A stretch of DNA of 64,000 bases from a virus (Duplodnaviria; Caudoviricetes): positions 12,580 to 76,579 of the IMG/VR virus record IMGVR_UViG_2597490201_000002. One strand, 5' to 3'. The notes under the pieces are model-generated. The model was given only the letters and a program-made list of their open reading frames with translations, was not told the DNA's origin and did not search any database. Positions 56,648 through 64,000 of this stretch are shown here, one piece after another (positions within the stretch are counted from its first letter, which is position 1; each line of letters starts with the position of its first letter). Both the position numbers and the translations under genes were made by a program.

Positions 56648-56745
56648 TAAGGAATCCTCCGGAACAATTGGAGGATTCTATATCTTCGAAACCGGTCGAT
56701 GCAACTGACATGGATAATCGTCCATCGGGGATGGGATGTATCGCA

Positions 56746-57102
56746 CTAGCTGGGCATTGGGCCTGGTGCGCAGTTCTTGGCAATTATGGTCTTGTCGACA
56801 GCAACCATTTGGCCCTTGAGACTAGCGACTTCGGCCGCAACGTTCCCGCCCGAAAGGCTGGATGTCGGCATGCCAATGAGGAAAACGCCCCAAGCATCAC
56901 CGGTGCGAGCATCGTTTTGCGCTTTTGCTGTCACTGCGTATGCCTGTTCGAGCCTGCCCTTCTCCTGACCAAGTTGGGTACAGGAATAGGATTGATACTG
57001 GACCTCCGAAACGTACGACGGTGCTATACTCTCAGGCGCTTTTGCGCAGGCTGCGAGAGACGCCACGACCAGTCCAGTCGCTGCGATAGTCTTCAAGTTC
57101 AT
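56746..57102 (-). CDS. Lipoprotein
   Basis: LAAC lipobox, glycine-rich hydrophobic segment, GAGGGG RBS. Confidence 0.85.
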   Translation of the reverse strand: MNLKTIAATGLVVASLAACAKAPESIAPSYVSEVQYQSYSCTQLGQEKGRLEQAYAVTAKAQNDARTGDAWGVFLIGMPTSSLSGGNVAAEVASLKGQMVAVDKTIIAKNCAPGPMPS

Positions 57103-57236
57103 GATAGCCCCCTCAATGAGGAGGTTATCGAAATATTAATGAAGAGCGAGAGTCAATGAGGCGCCCCGCGAAAGAGTTAACCACTGACAGTCCGAATGAA
57201 AGCCTTACATCGTTGCTCTATTGGGATACGCGGCGG

Positions 57237-57726
57237 ACAAGGAAGACCCCATTCGGCGAAATGGAGCCTTCCCCTGCCGGTAGCGTCCAAGGCCTGCTGA
57301 CTACGGCATGGGACGGCCCTGGGCGATCTCTATGAATAGCGTCCTGCCGGTGCCGTCTATAACGTTCGACAGGTCGAGCATGAAAAAGCCGCCTGTCGTG
57401 ATCTCTGTTGGATCACGCGGCGGCTTTGGTTGAGCATCCAGCCACTCGGTTGAGCGTCAACAACCGGGCCAGATGCTCGGCTCTATGAACTGAGCCGCAT
57501 GGTTTTGGTTCCGTCTTGGAAAAGAGAAGGCTTCGACCGCCCCTCACAGCCGAAGCCTTCCCATACCCGGGAGCGTGGGGCAAACCGCGCGCCGGAATTT
57601 TAGGCTAGACGGCATTCATTAAAAAAGCCCCGGCGTGCAGGCCGGGGCTCAGTGGAGCACTCAGTGCCCTGGGGACATGCGCGTGGGCACCGATGCCGCT
57701 AAACGCGCACGCTGCGATTAGGTTCA
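57237..57726 (-). ncRNA. Array of about four putative small RNAs
   Basis: ORF-free; four hairpin+terminator units whose G-U pairs all favour the minus strand; two EcfG-like promoters. Confidence 0.58.
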
Positions 57727-57736
57727 TCAGCAATTT

Positions 57737-57765
57737 GGCCTCGCTTCTGCGGGGCCTTTTCTTTT
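57737..57765 (+). terminator. Intrinsic terminator upstream of lysin
   Basis: ggcctcgc/gcggggcc + ttttctttt. Confidence 0.7.
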
Positions 57766-57787
57766 CCATCCATCACAGGAGGCCGAT

Positions 57788-58522
57788 ATGGCCCTAAAGG
57801 CTGCGTTCTTCGACGCGGTTCGCTCGACGCTGGCCGACGGCTCGCTCAGCCAGCACCAGGTCGACGTTCTCAACGCCATCTCGGCGGCTTGGGACAAGTA
57901 CGGAGACGACTTCGGTTATTCCGATATGCGCTTGGCCTATGTCCTTGCGACAGCATGGCACGAAACCGGCCGCTTCAAATGGCTCAAGGAAATCTGGGGC
58001 CCGACGGCTGCGCAGAAACGCTACGAGGGCAGGGCGGATCTCGGCAACACGGTCGCCGGCGACGGCAAGAAGTTCATGGGCCGCGGGCTCGTGCACATCA
58101 CCGGCCGGGCGAACTACACCGACTGGTCGCGCCGCCTGGGCATCGATCTGCTCAAGGAACCGCAGCGTGCCGAAGAGGTGTCGATCGCGGCCCGCATCCT
58201 CGTCGAGGGAATGACAAAGGGCACCTTCACCGGCAAGAAGCTGCAGGACTACATCAACAGCGACCAGTGCGACTATGTCGAGGCTCGCCGGATCGTCAAC
58301 GGCAAGGACGAGGCTGCGCTTATCGCCGGCTATGCCGAGAAGTTCGAAGCGGCGCTCATTGGCGGGCGTTCAGCCTCTCCCGCACCTTCGCCCTCACCCA
58401 GGCCATCAACGCCGCCCGCTGGCGGCGCCAGCAAGTCGCCGGCTGCCGCAATAGTGGCGGTCCTGCTCGCCATTGCCGGCGGCATATACGCCTTCCTCAA
58501 GAACCAAGGGATTCTGCCATGA
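57788..58522 (+). CDS. Endolysin (GH19-like) with C-terminal hydrophobic helix
   Basis: AYVLATAWHET, GRGLVHITGRANY, ARRIVNG. Confidence 0.9.
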   Translation: MALKAAFFDAVRSTLADGSLSQHQVDVLNAISAAWDKYGDDFGYSDMRLAYVLATAWHETGRFKWLKEIWGPTAAQKRYEGRADLGNTVAGDGKKFMGRGLVHITGRANYTDWSRRLGIDLLKEPQRAEEVSIAARILVEGMTKGTFTGKKLQDYINSDQCDYVEARRIVNGKDEAALIAGYAEKFEAALIGGRSASPAPSPSPRPSTPPAGGASKSPAAAIVAVLLAIAGGIYAFLKNQGILP

Positions 58523-58833
58523 AAGCTGCCATCAATCAGGTCTGGGACTTCATCGTCCGCTGGCGCACGCGCCTATTCAACGGCATCGGCGCGCTGCTGG
58601 TGCTGGTCGCCCCTCTGCTGGGCGCCCCCGAAGTCCAGGCTGTCATCCCGGCGAAGTATCTGCCGTATGTGATCGCGGCAGTCTTCATCATCAACGTCTG
58701 GATGCGCCCGCGTGTGGCGGCAACGAAGGACGATGCTGAGGTGCAGGTTCGCGAAACCCTGAAGGCTGCCGATGGCCCGGCCGTCATCACGGTCAAGACG
58801 CCCAGCAATTCGAAGACCATCGTCAATGTTTAG
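58519..58833 (+). CDS. Two-TM lysis-cassette protein (holin candidate)
   Basis: ATGA coupling, two TM segments. Confidence 0.65.
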   Translation: MKAAINQVWDFIVRWRTRLFNGIGALLVLVAPLLGAPEVQAVIPAKYLPYVIAAVFIINVWMRPRVAATKDDAEVQVRETLKAADGPAVITVKTPSNSKTIVNV

Positions 58834-59227
58834 GGCCATCCTCGATTGGCTCGGTGGCGGCGTCATCAAGCAATTCACCGGGCCGCTGCTGGCGGCCTAT
58901 CAGGCGAAGCTCGACGCACAGAACAGCGAGCAGCGAATTGAGGCAGAGAAGACCATCACCCGCATCGAGGCGGCGCGAGATATCGCCGTCGCCGAGGCGG
59001 GCAGGGCGTGGTCAGCAACGTCCGTCGGCCGGTGGCTGATCGTCGTTCCCTTCGGCCTCTGGTGGGCTGCGATCTACCTCGTCCAGATCATCAACCCATG
59101 GTTCGGCCTCGACCTGGTGGTGATCGACGTCCCCGCCCGCATTCACGACATGGCTCTGGTACTCGTCCCGGCCATAGTCATTGCCGACGCTGGCGCCTTC
59201 GCGGCGCGGCAGTTCAGAGGAAAATAG
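58826..59227 (+). CDS. Holin-like membrane protein
   Basis: Amphipathic N-terminus, coiled coil, C-terminal TMs. Confidence 0.65.
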   Translation: MFRAILDWLGGGVIKQFTGPLLAAYQAKLDAQNSEQRIEAEKTITRIEAARDIAVAEAGRAWSATSVGRWLIVVPFGLWWAAIYLVQIINPWFGLDLVVIDVPARIHDMALVLVPAIVIADAGAFAARQFRGK

Positions 59228-59231
59228 CCTG

Positions 59232-59615
59232 ATGACGGCACCGCCTGAAGAAGATCCACTTGGCCGCGGCAAGCTCACCTTGAGCAAGCGCGTTGATCTG
59301 CTCGAACGCGATCGCGCTCAGCAGTCCCGCGTCCTCACCGAGATCGTCAACGCAGGGAAGACGTTCACGCCCGAGCAGATCGCTCAACTTAGGGCGGTGA
59401 TGCGGGAGGAGTGGGCTGACGCTGGCCTACGCCTGGATGATGCCGGGCACCAGGATGAAGCGCGCGAAGATTTCCGCTTCCTACGCCGCCTTCGGCTGAC
59501 ATGGGATGGCTCAACCAAGAAGGTTGGAACGGCCGTCCTCACGGCCCTGATTGGTGTTGCACTGATAATCTTCGGGTCTGGATTCTGGCAGTGGATCAGC
59601 AACGCTGGAAAATAG
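59232..59615 (+). CDS. Coiled-coil protein with C-terminal TM (lysis cassette)
   Basis: REDFRFLRRLR then TM. Confidence 0.65.
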   Translation: MTAPPEEDPLGRGKLTLSKRVDLLERDRAQQSRVLTEIVNAGKTFTPEQIAQLRAVMREEWADAGLRLDDAGHQDEAREDFRFLRRLRLTWDGSTKKVGTAVLTALIGVALIIFGSGFWQWISNAGK

Positions 59616-59703
59616 CCTGGTGATCCTTCTCGGCTTGGGTATCGCATTCTTGTGATCAATTGCCATCCAGTGATGGCAAGTCGTTCTATCAATCTGCTAG
59701 GTA

Positions 59704-60045
59704 GTGCGAGTCCCTGTACTGGTGCCCGTGCTGATGTTTCCTCAGTTGTGCTTGACCTATCTGAAGGTGGTTTTGTCTTATCCCGCCTCAGTGGCCTTTT
59801 TGTTTGGCCTTCATGAAGGTGCCAAGGCAACCGGGTTTCATCTCGAACATCCTCAAAAGTTCACCCAGTTTTCAAAGTTCGCTAATGCTTTCTTCGCCCT
59901 TCTCGTTCAGCATTGGTTGCTATGGTTGATTGTTAGTGCTTTGATTGCGATATGGTGGACTGCAATGGTTTCGCAACCAAAAGCCGATTCCAAACGTACG
60001 TTCGATAGCCGGCGCGCTTCGCCGGCGAAGAAAGCCAAGAGGTGA
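59704..60045 (+). CDS. Putative membrane protein
   Basis: Lower GC, hydrophobic; start uncertain. Confidence 0.4.
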   Translation: MRVPVLVPVLMFPQLCLTYLKVVLSYPASVAFLFGLHEGAKATGFHLEHPQKFTQFSKFANAFFALLVQHWLLWLIVSALIAIWWTAMVSQPKADSKRTFDSRRASPAKKAKR

Positions 60046-60584
60046 GCGCTATGGACACCGCCGTGTTTGACGCCGCCGTCATCGCATCGGATCAGTTTCC
60101 GTTTGCGATTGCCGTTATCTCAATAGCTGTCGCGTGGCTGGCATATGCCGTGCTCTCGCGCGGGCTTTTTCTGGTGACTGATCCCATTCGCCAAGGTTTG
60201 CTGGATTTGGCAGAAGCGCTTTGTGACGAGCCGACCTTCCCGGAGGAAGACAAACTGCTCGTGTCTGCGGCGTTGGATCAAGCTTACAGCACCCGCACCG
60301 CCTGGTGGATGGTTGGTAGGAGCGCGTTGCTCGTTGCTGGGTTGCTTACACGTACGGCCAAGCGCCCCGACAAGGTGGAATACCCGCGGGTGTACGCTAG
60401 GACTTATGTCGATTTCCAAATTCGTTGGACTATGGCTGTCCTCGGCAACAGTGCCGGCGCCACCTTGTTGTTTGCGACCCTTCTAATGGTTATCGCGGCG
60501 TTCACCCTGTCCGCGTCAGCTTTGGCGCGCCTATTGATGGGCAAAAACGGTGGTGGCCACAACGGGTCTGCAATGGCGCATTAG
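60042..60584 (+). CDS. Membrane protein
   Basis: Several TM segments; GTGA overlap. Confidence 0.6.
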   Translation: MSAMDTAVFDAAVIASDQFPFAIAVISIAVAWLAYAVLSRGLFLVTDPIRQGLLDLAEALCDEPTFPEEDKLLVSAALDQAYSTRTAWWMVGRSALLVAGLLTRTAKRPDKVEYPRVYARTYVDFQIRWTMAVLGNSAGATLLFATLLMVIAAFTLSASALARLLMGKNGGGHNGSAMAH

Positions 60585-60586
60585 TT

Positions 60587-60611
60587 GGAACGGATTTCCC
60601 GGTTCCTCATT
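60587..60611 (+). promoter_or_regulatory. EcfG/RpoE2-type promoter
   Basis: GGAAC-N16-CATT upstream of ligase. Confidence 0.55.
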
Positions 60612-60637
60612 GAATCGCCCATGAACCAGAGCCTGCC

Positions 60638-61582
60638 ATGGCGGCCTTGACGCCCGCCCCCAGCAATAAGCGGCAATCCCGCAAAGACTCTGAATCTACC
60701 CTCATCATCCCGAAGTTCATTAAGACCATGCAGCCGACGTTGGTGGACGATCCGCCTGCGGGTGGCGCCTGGCTGCATGAGATCAAATACGACGGCTATC
60801 GAACGCAACTGGCGATCGCTGGCGGGCAGGTGAGGGCCTTTACCCGCAATGGCCACGATTGGACCAACCGATACCTTGGTATCGTCGAGGCGGCTGCCGG
60901 CATCGACTGCAGGTCGGCGCTGATCGATGGCGAAGTTTGCGTGCAGGATGATCTTGGGGTCACCGACTTCGGCCTCCTGCAATCCGCCATGACGAAAGAG
61001 CCGTGGCGGCTCGTGTTCTTCGCCTTCGACCTGCTGCACCTCAATGGCGTCGATATGAGGCGCAAGCCGCTCGAGGAACGTCGCGCCCATCTGCGCTGGA
61101 TATTGGAAGGCAGCAGCACCAAGCACATCCTCATCTCCGACGAATATGACGGGGAGGGTGCTGACTTCTTCAAGCTCTCCGACCAGATGGGCCTTGAGGG
61201 CATTGTCTCAAAGCGCAAGGGCAGCACCTACACCTCTGGGCCGACGCAAACTTGGCTCAAGACCAAGTGCTGGCACACGGACACCTTTGACGTGATCGGT
61301 GTCGACAAGGGCAGCGACGGTATTCCCTACGCGCTCTTGGCCGATGAGGCGGGTTATCGAGGCGCGGCCTTCATATCCCTCCCGGCATCGCTCCGCGACG
61401 TGTTCTGGCGCTATGTCGAGGGCAGGGGAGTGGCAAAGGCCCCGATCATCGGCACCGGACGGAAGAAGGCCACATGGATCAGCCCAGGCTTGCGCGCCAC
61501 GGTTCGCCACCTCAAGGGCAGCGACAAGCTTCGGCACGCGACCGTTGAAGCCATCGAGATCGATCCGGCCGATAGAGGCTAG
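60638..61582 (+). CDS. ATP-dependent DNA ligase (LigD ligase-domain type)
   Basis: EIKYDGYR, DGEV, FDLL, EGIVSK, WLKTK. Confidence 0.93.
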   Translation: MAALTPAPSNKRQSRKDSESTLIIPKFIKTMQPTLVDDPPAGGAWLHEIKYDGYRTQLAIAGGQVRAFTRNGHDWTNRYLGIVEAAAGIDCRSALIDGEVCVQDDLGVTDFGLLQSAMTKEPWRLVFFAFDLLHLNGVDMRRKPLEERRAHLRWILEGSSTKHILISDEYDGEGADFFKLSDQMGLEGIVSKRKGSTYTSGPTQTWLKTKCWHTDTFDVIGVDKGSDGIPYALLADEAGYRGAAFISLPASLRDVFWRYVEGRGVAKAPIIGTGRKKATWISPGLRATVRHLKGSDKLRHATVEAIEIDPADRG

Positions 61583-61950
61583 TGCCGGTCGTTTGGCGAG
61601 AATTCCATGTCGTCGAACTCTCCCAAATATGGCTGGCCAGGAGGAACTGCCTCGCCCGGATAGAGGGCGATGACATCGATCTGCTCGCTAAAGAGGTCGA
61701 CTCCGTCCCAGTCCCCAACCCTGGTCCAATCCCGTCGCGAGGCGAAATCCGTGGCGATATGGAACGCCCGGTTTTCGTCGCAGAGAAGGATCAGCAGGGT
61801 AGGGCCGCTGGCTAGGGCAAGCACGCGATAGAGCGGGTCAACTTCGCCCGTCACCATGTCGGCGACTTCCCAAAGCTCCAGGCCGCCAAAGGCAAAGCCT
61901 CGATCCTCTCCCTCGCCAAAAGGGGCAACGTCTTTCCACAATTCTCGCAT
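61579..61950 (-). CDS. Hypothetical acidic protein
   Basis: GGGAG RBS. Confidence 0.6.
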   Translation of the reverse strand: MRELWKDVAPFGEGEDRGFAFGGLELWEVADMVTGEVDPLYRVLALASGPTLLILLCDENRAFHIATDFASRRDWTRVGDWDGVDLFSEQIDVIALYPGEAVPPGQPYLGEFDDMEFSPNDRH

Positions 61951-61966
61951 CGTGATCGCTCCCATC

Positions 61967-62007
61967 TTGACTCTTGGGCTCACTCGGAATGAGAACATAA
62001 TGAGAAC
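61967..62007 (+). promoter_or_regulatory. Promoter with LexA (SOS) box
   Basis: TTGACT at 61967; GAAC-ataatga-GAAC at 61993-62007. Confidence 0.8.
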
Positions 62008-62033
62008 AAACGACGCAGCGAGTCAATTCCCGA

Positions 62034-62447
62034 ATGCCAAAGACCCCCAGCACTGGCTTCGCGCACCAAGCCTTCCTCTACGCCGTGGCGAATGCTGGCA
62101 TGCTCGTCAGATGCGAGTGCAAGGCATGCAAGCGGGTCAGGCACTACCTGGCTTCCGATCTGGTGCACGTCTTCGGCGGCCGGGCTGTTGTGGGAGAATT
62201 GTGGGGTAGGTGCCCCAAGTGTGGGACGACCTTTAGATGGATCGAACAGGAGCGCTATCCCACCAGTGACGATGTTGGCCATACGCTGATCCGCAGACCC
62301 AATGGCTTCAGGTACATCATGCAATGGGTGGATGAGCACTACGGGCCGCCGGCAACGGGCCCGCAGCAACAATATCACCTGATGACCCCGATCAGTCGCC
62401 CCGACCTAAAGGCCGATTTGGTTACTCGGCGTCGAGATCCATCATAG
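62034..62447 (+). CDS. Zinc-ribbon protein, SOS-boxed
   Basis: CKAC...CPKCG. Confidence 0.7.
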   Translation: MPKTPSTGFAHQAFLYAVANAGMLVRCECKACKRVRHYLASDLVHVFGGRAVVGELWGRCPKCGTTFRWIEQERYPTSDDVGHTLIRRPNGFRYIMQWVDEHYGPPATGPQQQYHLMTPISRPDLKADLVTRRRDPS

Positions 62448-62457
62448 GGAGGACGCC

Positions 62458-62646
62458 ATGTGGGGTGATAATAAGTGGGACCCGACCAAAGCCACGGCTT
62501 TGGCGAAGGAATTCGAAGCCGAACAGCAGCGGAAACACCAGGAGAAATTGGCCAAGAACAAGGCAGATCGAGAGGCCAAGAGGCGTGCGGCCAAAATCAA
62601 GCCTCCCGAGGAATATCCTTGGATGAAGGACAAGCAGGGCGACTAA
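62458..62646 (+). CDS. Small charged helical protein
   Basis: GGAGG RBS. Confidence 0.6.
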   Translation: MWGDNKWDPTKATALAKEFEAEQQRKHQEKLAKNKADREAKRRAAKIKPPEEYPWMKDKQGD

Positions 62647-62656
62647 AGCGAGTTGA

Positions 62657-62866
62657 TCAGTCCGTATCCTTCGACTTTAGCCGCTCACGCCGTTTGATCT
62701 CCCGATCGACCGCCTCGCGGATCATGTCGAGACGCGGCTCTGCTTCAGACAAGACGGTATCGATCTTCGCCAGCACGCCTTCGGCCAACGGGAGAGTGAT
62801 CCTGTCTGGATATTCCTTCTTGCGTCCCACACGAGGACTTGAAGCGTATATATGATTTAGAGTCAA
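62657..62866 (-). CDS. Ribbon-helix-helix DNA-binding protein
   Basis: GRKK...ITLPL..GVLAKID....RLDMIREAVDREI; true start probably GTG 62830. Confidence 0.72.
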   Translation of the reverse strand: MTLNHIYASSPRVGRKKEYPDRITLPLAEGVLAKIDTVLSEAEPRLDMIREAVDREIKRRERLKSKDTD

Positions 62867-62935
62867 GCGTCACCTTTTCGTATGTACGGTATTGACGTTT
62901 ATCATACATACGCTATATCTTCAATCATAGATACG
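62845..62935. promoter_or_regulatory. Promoter with four related operator-like sites
   Basis: TCATA-N-ATACG-like sites at 62845, 62879 (reverse) and 62902, 62925; TTGACG at 62892. Confidence 0.6.
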
Positions 62936-62945
62936 ATTGGAGGTG

Positions 62946-63212
62946 ATGCAATTGACTTACGCAAGTGATCAGGCTGTGCTTAATGCACAGTTCAGTGCTG
63001 CGGAGATGGCGTATGGCACTGAAGCCAAACGGCAGCAACCACACGTTCTTATGCGACCCTCCGTCTTTCCAGACGGAGATATGTGGTGCGCACTGTATGG
63101 CGTGAATATTCAAGAGGGCGTGGCTGGTTTTGGCTCTACTCCCGAATTGGCCTGCCTCGCTTTCGATGCGAACTGGCACGAACAACGCGCCTCTATGGAG
63201 CATGCATCATGA
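62946..63212 (+). CDS. Small phage protein
   Basis: GGAGGT RBS; DGDMWCALYG..QEGVAGFG.TP. Confidence 0.7.
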   Translation: MQLTYASDQAVLNAQFSAAEMAYGTEAKRQQPHVLMRPSVFPDGDMWCALYGVNIQEGVAGFGSTPELACLAFDANWHEQRASMEHAS

Positions 63213-63736
63213 CCGACAAGTATAGAGACGCAAAACTTCTTGAGCACCACATTCCTGACAACTCTGAGGGCTACGTGCTGCCGGGGCGGCGCTCAGAAAC
63301 CGCTCTTTCAAATGCACCTGACGATCATTTTAAAGAGCTTCGCGAGGCATATGGACTGCGCTGCATTGCGATGTCTGTTTATTCCAGTCGGGTGCACGTC
63401 TTCTTGAACCGGGAACAATCCTCGGGCGACGACGACTGTGTGTTCGGGTTTGGCTCGACTTTCAACGAGGCGTTCCAGAATGCTCTGCTGGAATTCGACC
63501 GGTTCGGGTTGCCTTGTCGGCCTATCATGCAGTCGAAGGGTGCAGAAGCGGGGCCCCTGAGCGAAGACATCCTGCGGCGCAGTGCCGCTATCGCTATGGA
63601 TAAACTCAATGTTGCCGGCTTGTTGCACCCAACTCGCCCGTCCTCAGAGAAATTCGTGAGGGACTTGGCGAAAGCCATCCTCGACGAGGCTATGATTGGT
63701 GAAGCGTCCACACATTGCTATCCCCCTTCACATTGA
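63209..63736 (+). CDS. Hypothetical protein
   Basis: ATGA coupling, GGAG RBS. Confidence 0.55.
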   Translation: MTDKYRDAKLLEHHIPDNSEGYVLPGRRSETALSNAPDDHFKELREAYGLRCIAMSVYSSRVHVFLNREQSSGDDDCVFGFGSTFNEAFQNALLEFDRFGLPCRPIMQSKGAEAGPLSEDILRRSAAIAMDKLNVAGLLHPTRPSSEKFVRDLAKAILDEAMIGEASTHCYPPSH

Positions 63737-63793
63737 TGCGCTCGCGCAACGCGGGGACAATGGCACAAGTTCAATTCGATTCCACCTGAGACC

Positions 63794-64000
63794 ATGCCGA
63801 CAAAGTACCAATCCGACAAAGGCGATATCTCGCCGGTCCAGACTGCTGAGCATAAATTCCCGATCTATTTCTGTGAGGAGTGCAATGCACCCCATGCGGG
63901 CTTCGGGCGTGTTCGTGGGGAAGTCCGGCTGAGCTATTGCGGCTGGGATGGCCATCAGGGCGTGTGCGTCGGGAAGGGCAGGGCGGAGAACGCCAACTGA
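63794..64000 (+). CDS. Small zinc-binding-like protein
   Basis: CEEC..AGFG...YCG. Confidence 0.5.
   Translation: MPTKYQSDKGDISPVQTAEHKFPIYFCEECNAPHAGFGRVRGEVRLSYCGWDGHQGVCVGKGRAENAN

Larger units (their letters stand above)
1..64000. mobile_element. Prophage/temperate siphovirus region with two early control units and one morphogenesis module; ends not visible
   Basis: Continuous phage-type genes (repressors, terminase, capsid, portal, tail, lysin); no host housekeeping operon or integrase in window. Confidence 0.93.

Noticed and set aside
57124-57139. CtrA-like site TTAA-N7-ATAAC upstream of the lipoprotein gene
   Set aside because: One mismatch in an AT-rich promoter; single occurrence, could be chance
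57237-57726. CRISPR array or REP-type repeats
   Set aside because: Hairpin units share no repeated sequence or regular spacing; no cas genes

Overview
The whole window is temperate-phage (siphovirus/prophage) DNA from an alphaproteobacterial host, inferred from a GapR domain, alpha-type LexA boxes GAAC-N7-GAAC, EcfG-type promoters and a GTA-like tail chaperone. It holds two complete and different lambdoid control units. Unit 1 (1-13.7 kb) has cI/cro with five ACAAA-N5-TGGTT operators, a RuvC-like nuclease, SSB, three DNA methyltransferases, a primase-helicase and a putative late regulator, but no virion genes. Unit 2 (13.7-64 kb) has a long leftward early operon, cI/cro with five GCGGCA-N4-TGCCGC operators, two more methyltransferases, an iteron-containing initiator, then HNH/terminase, a protease-capsid fusion placed before the portal, tail, lysis, an ATP-dependent ligase and SOS-controlled accessory genes. 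No integrase, tRNA, CRISPR array or reverse transcriptase was seen. The best candidates for undescribed biology are non-coding: (i) an orphan PemK/MazF-family toxin followed by its own promoter and a ~120-nt highly structured RNA, a candidate RNA-antitoxin system; (ii) an array of four small structured RNA units between tail fibre and lysin, two with general-stress (EcfG) promoters. Also notable are a nested out-of-frame gene in a C5 methyltransferase and a LexA-boxed operon sharing a small protein family with the other immunity region. All calls come from reading motifs by eye; no searches were run.
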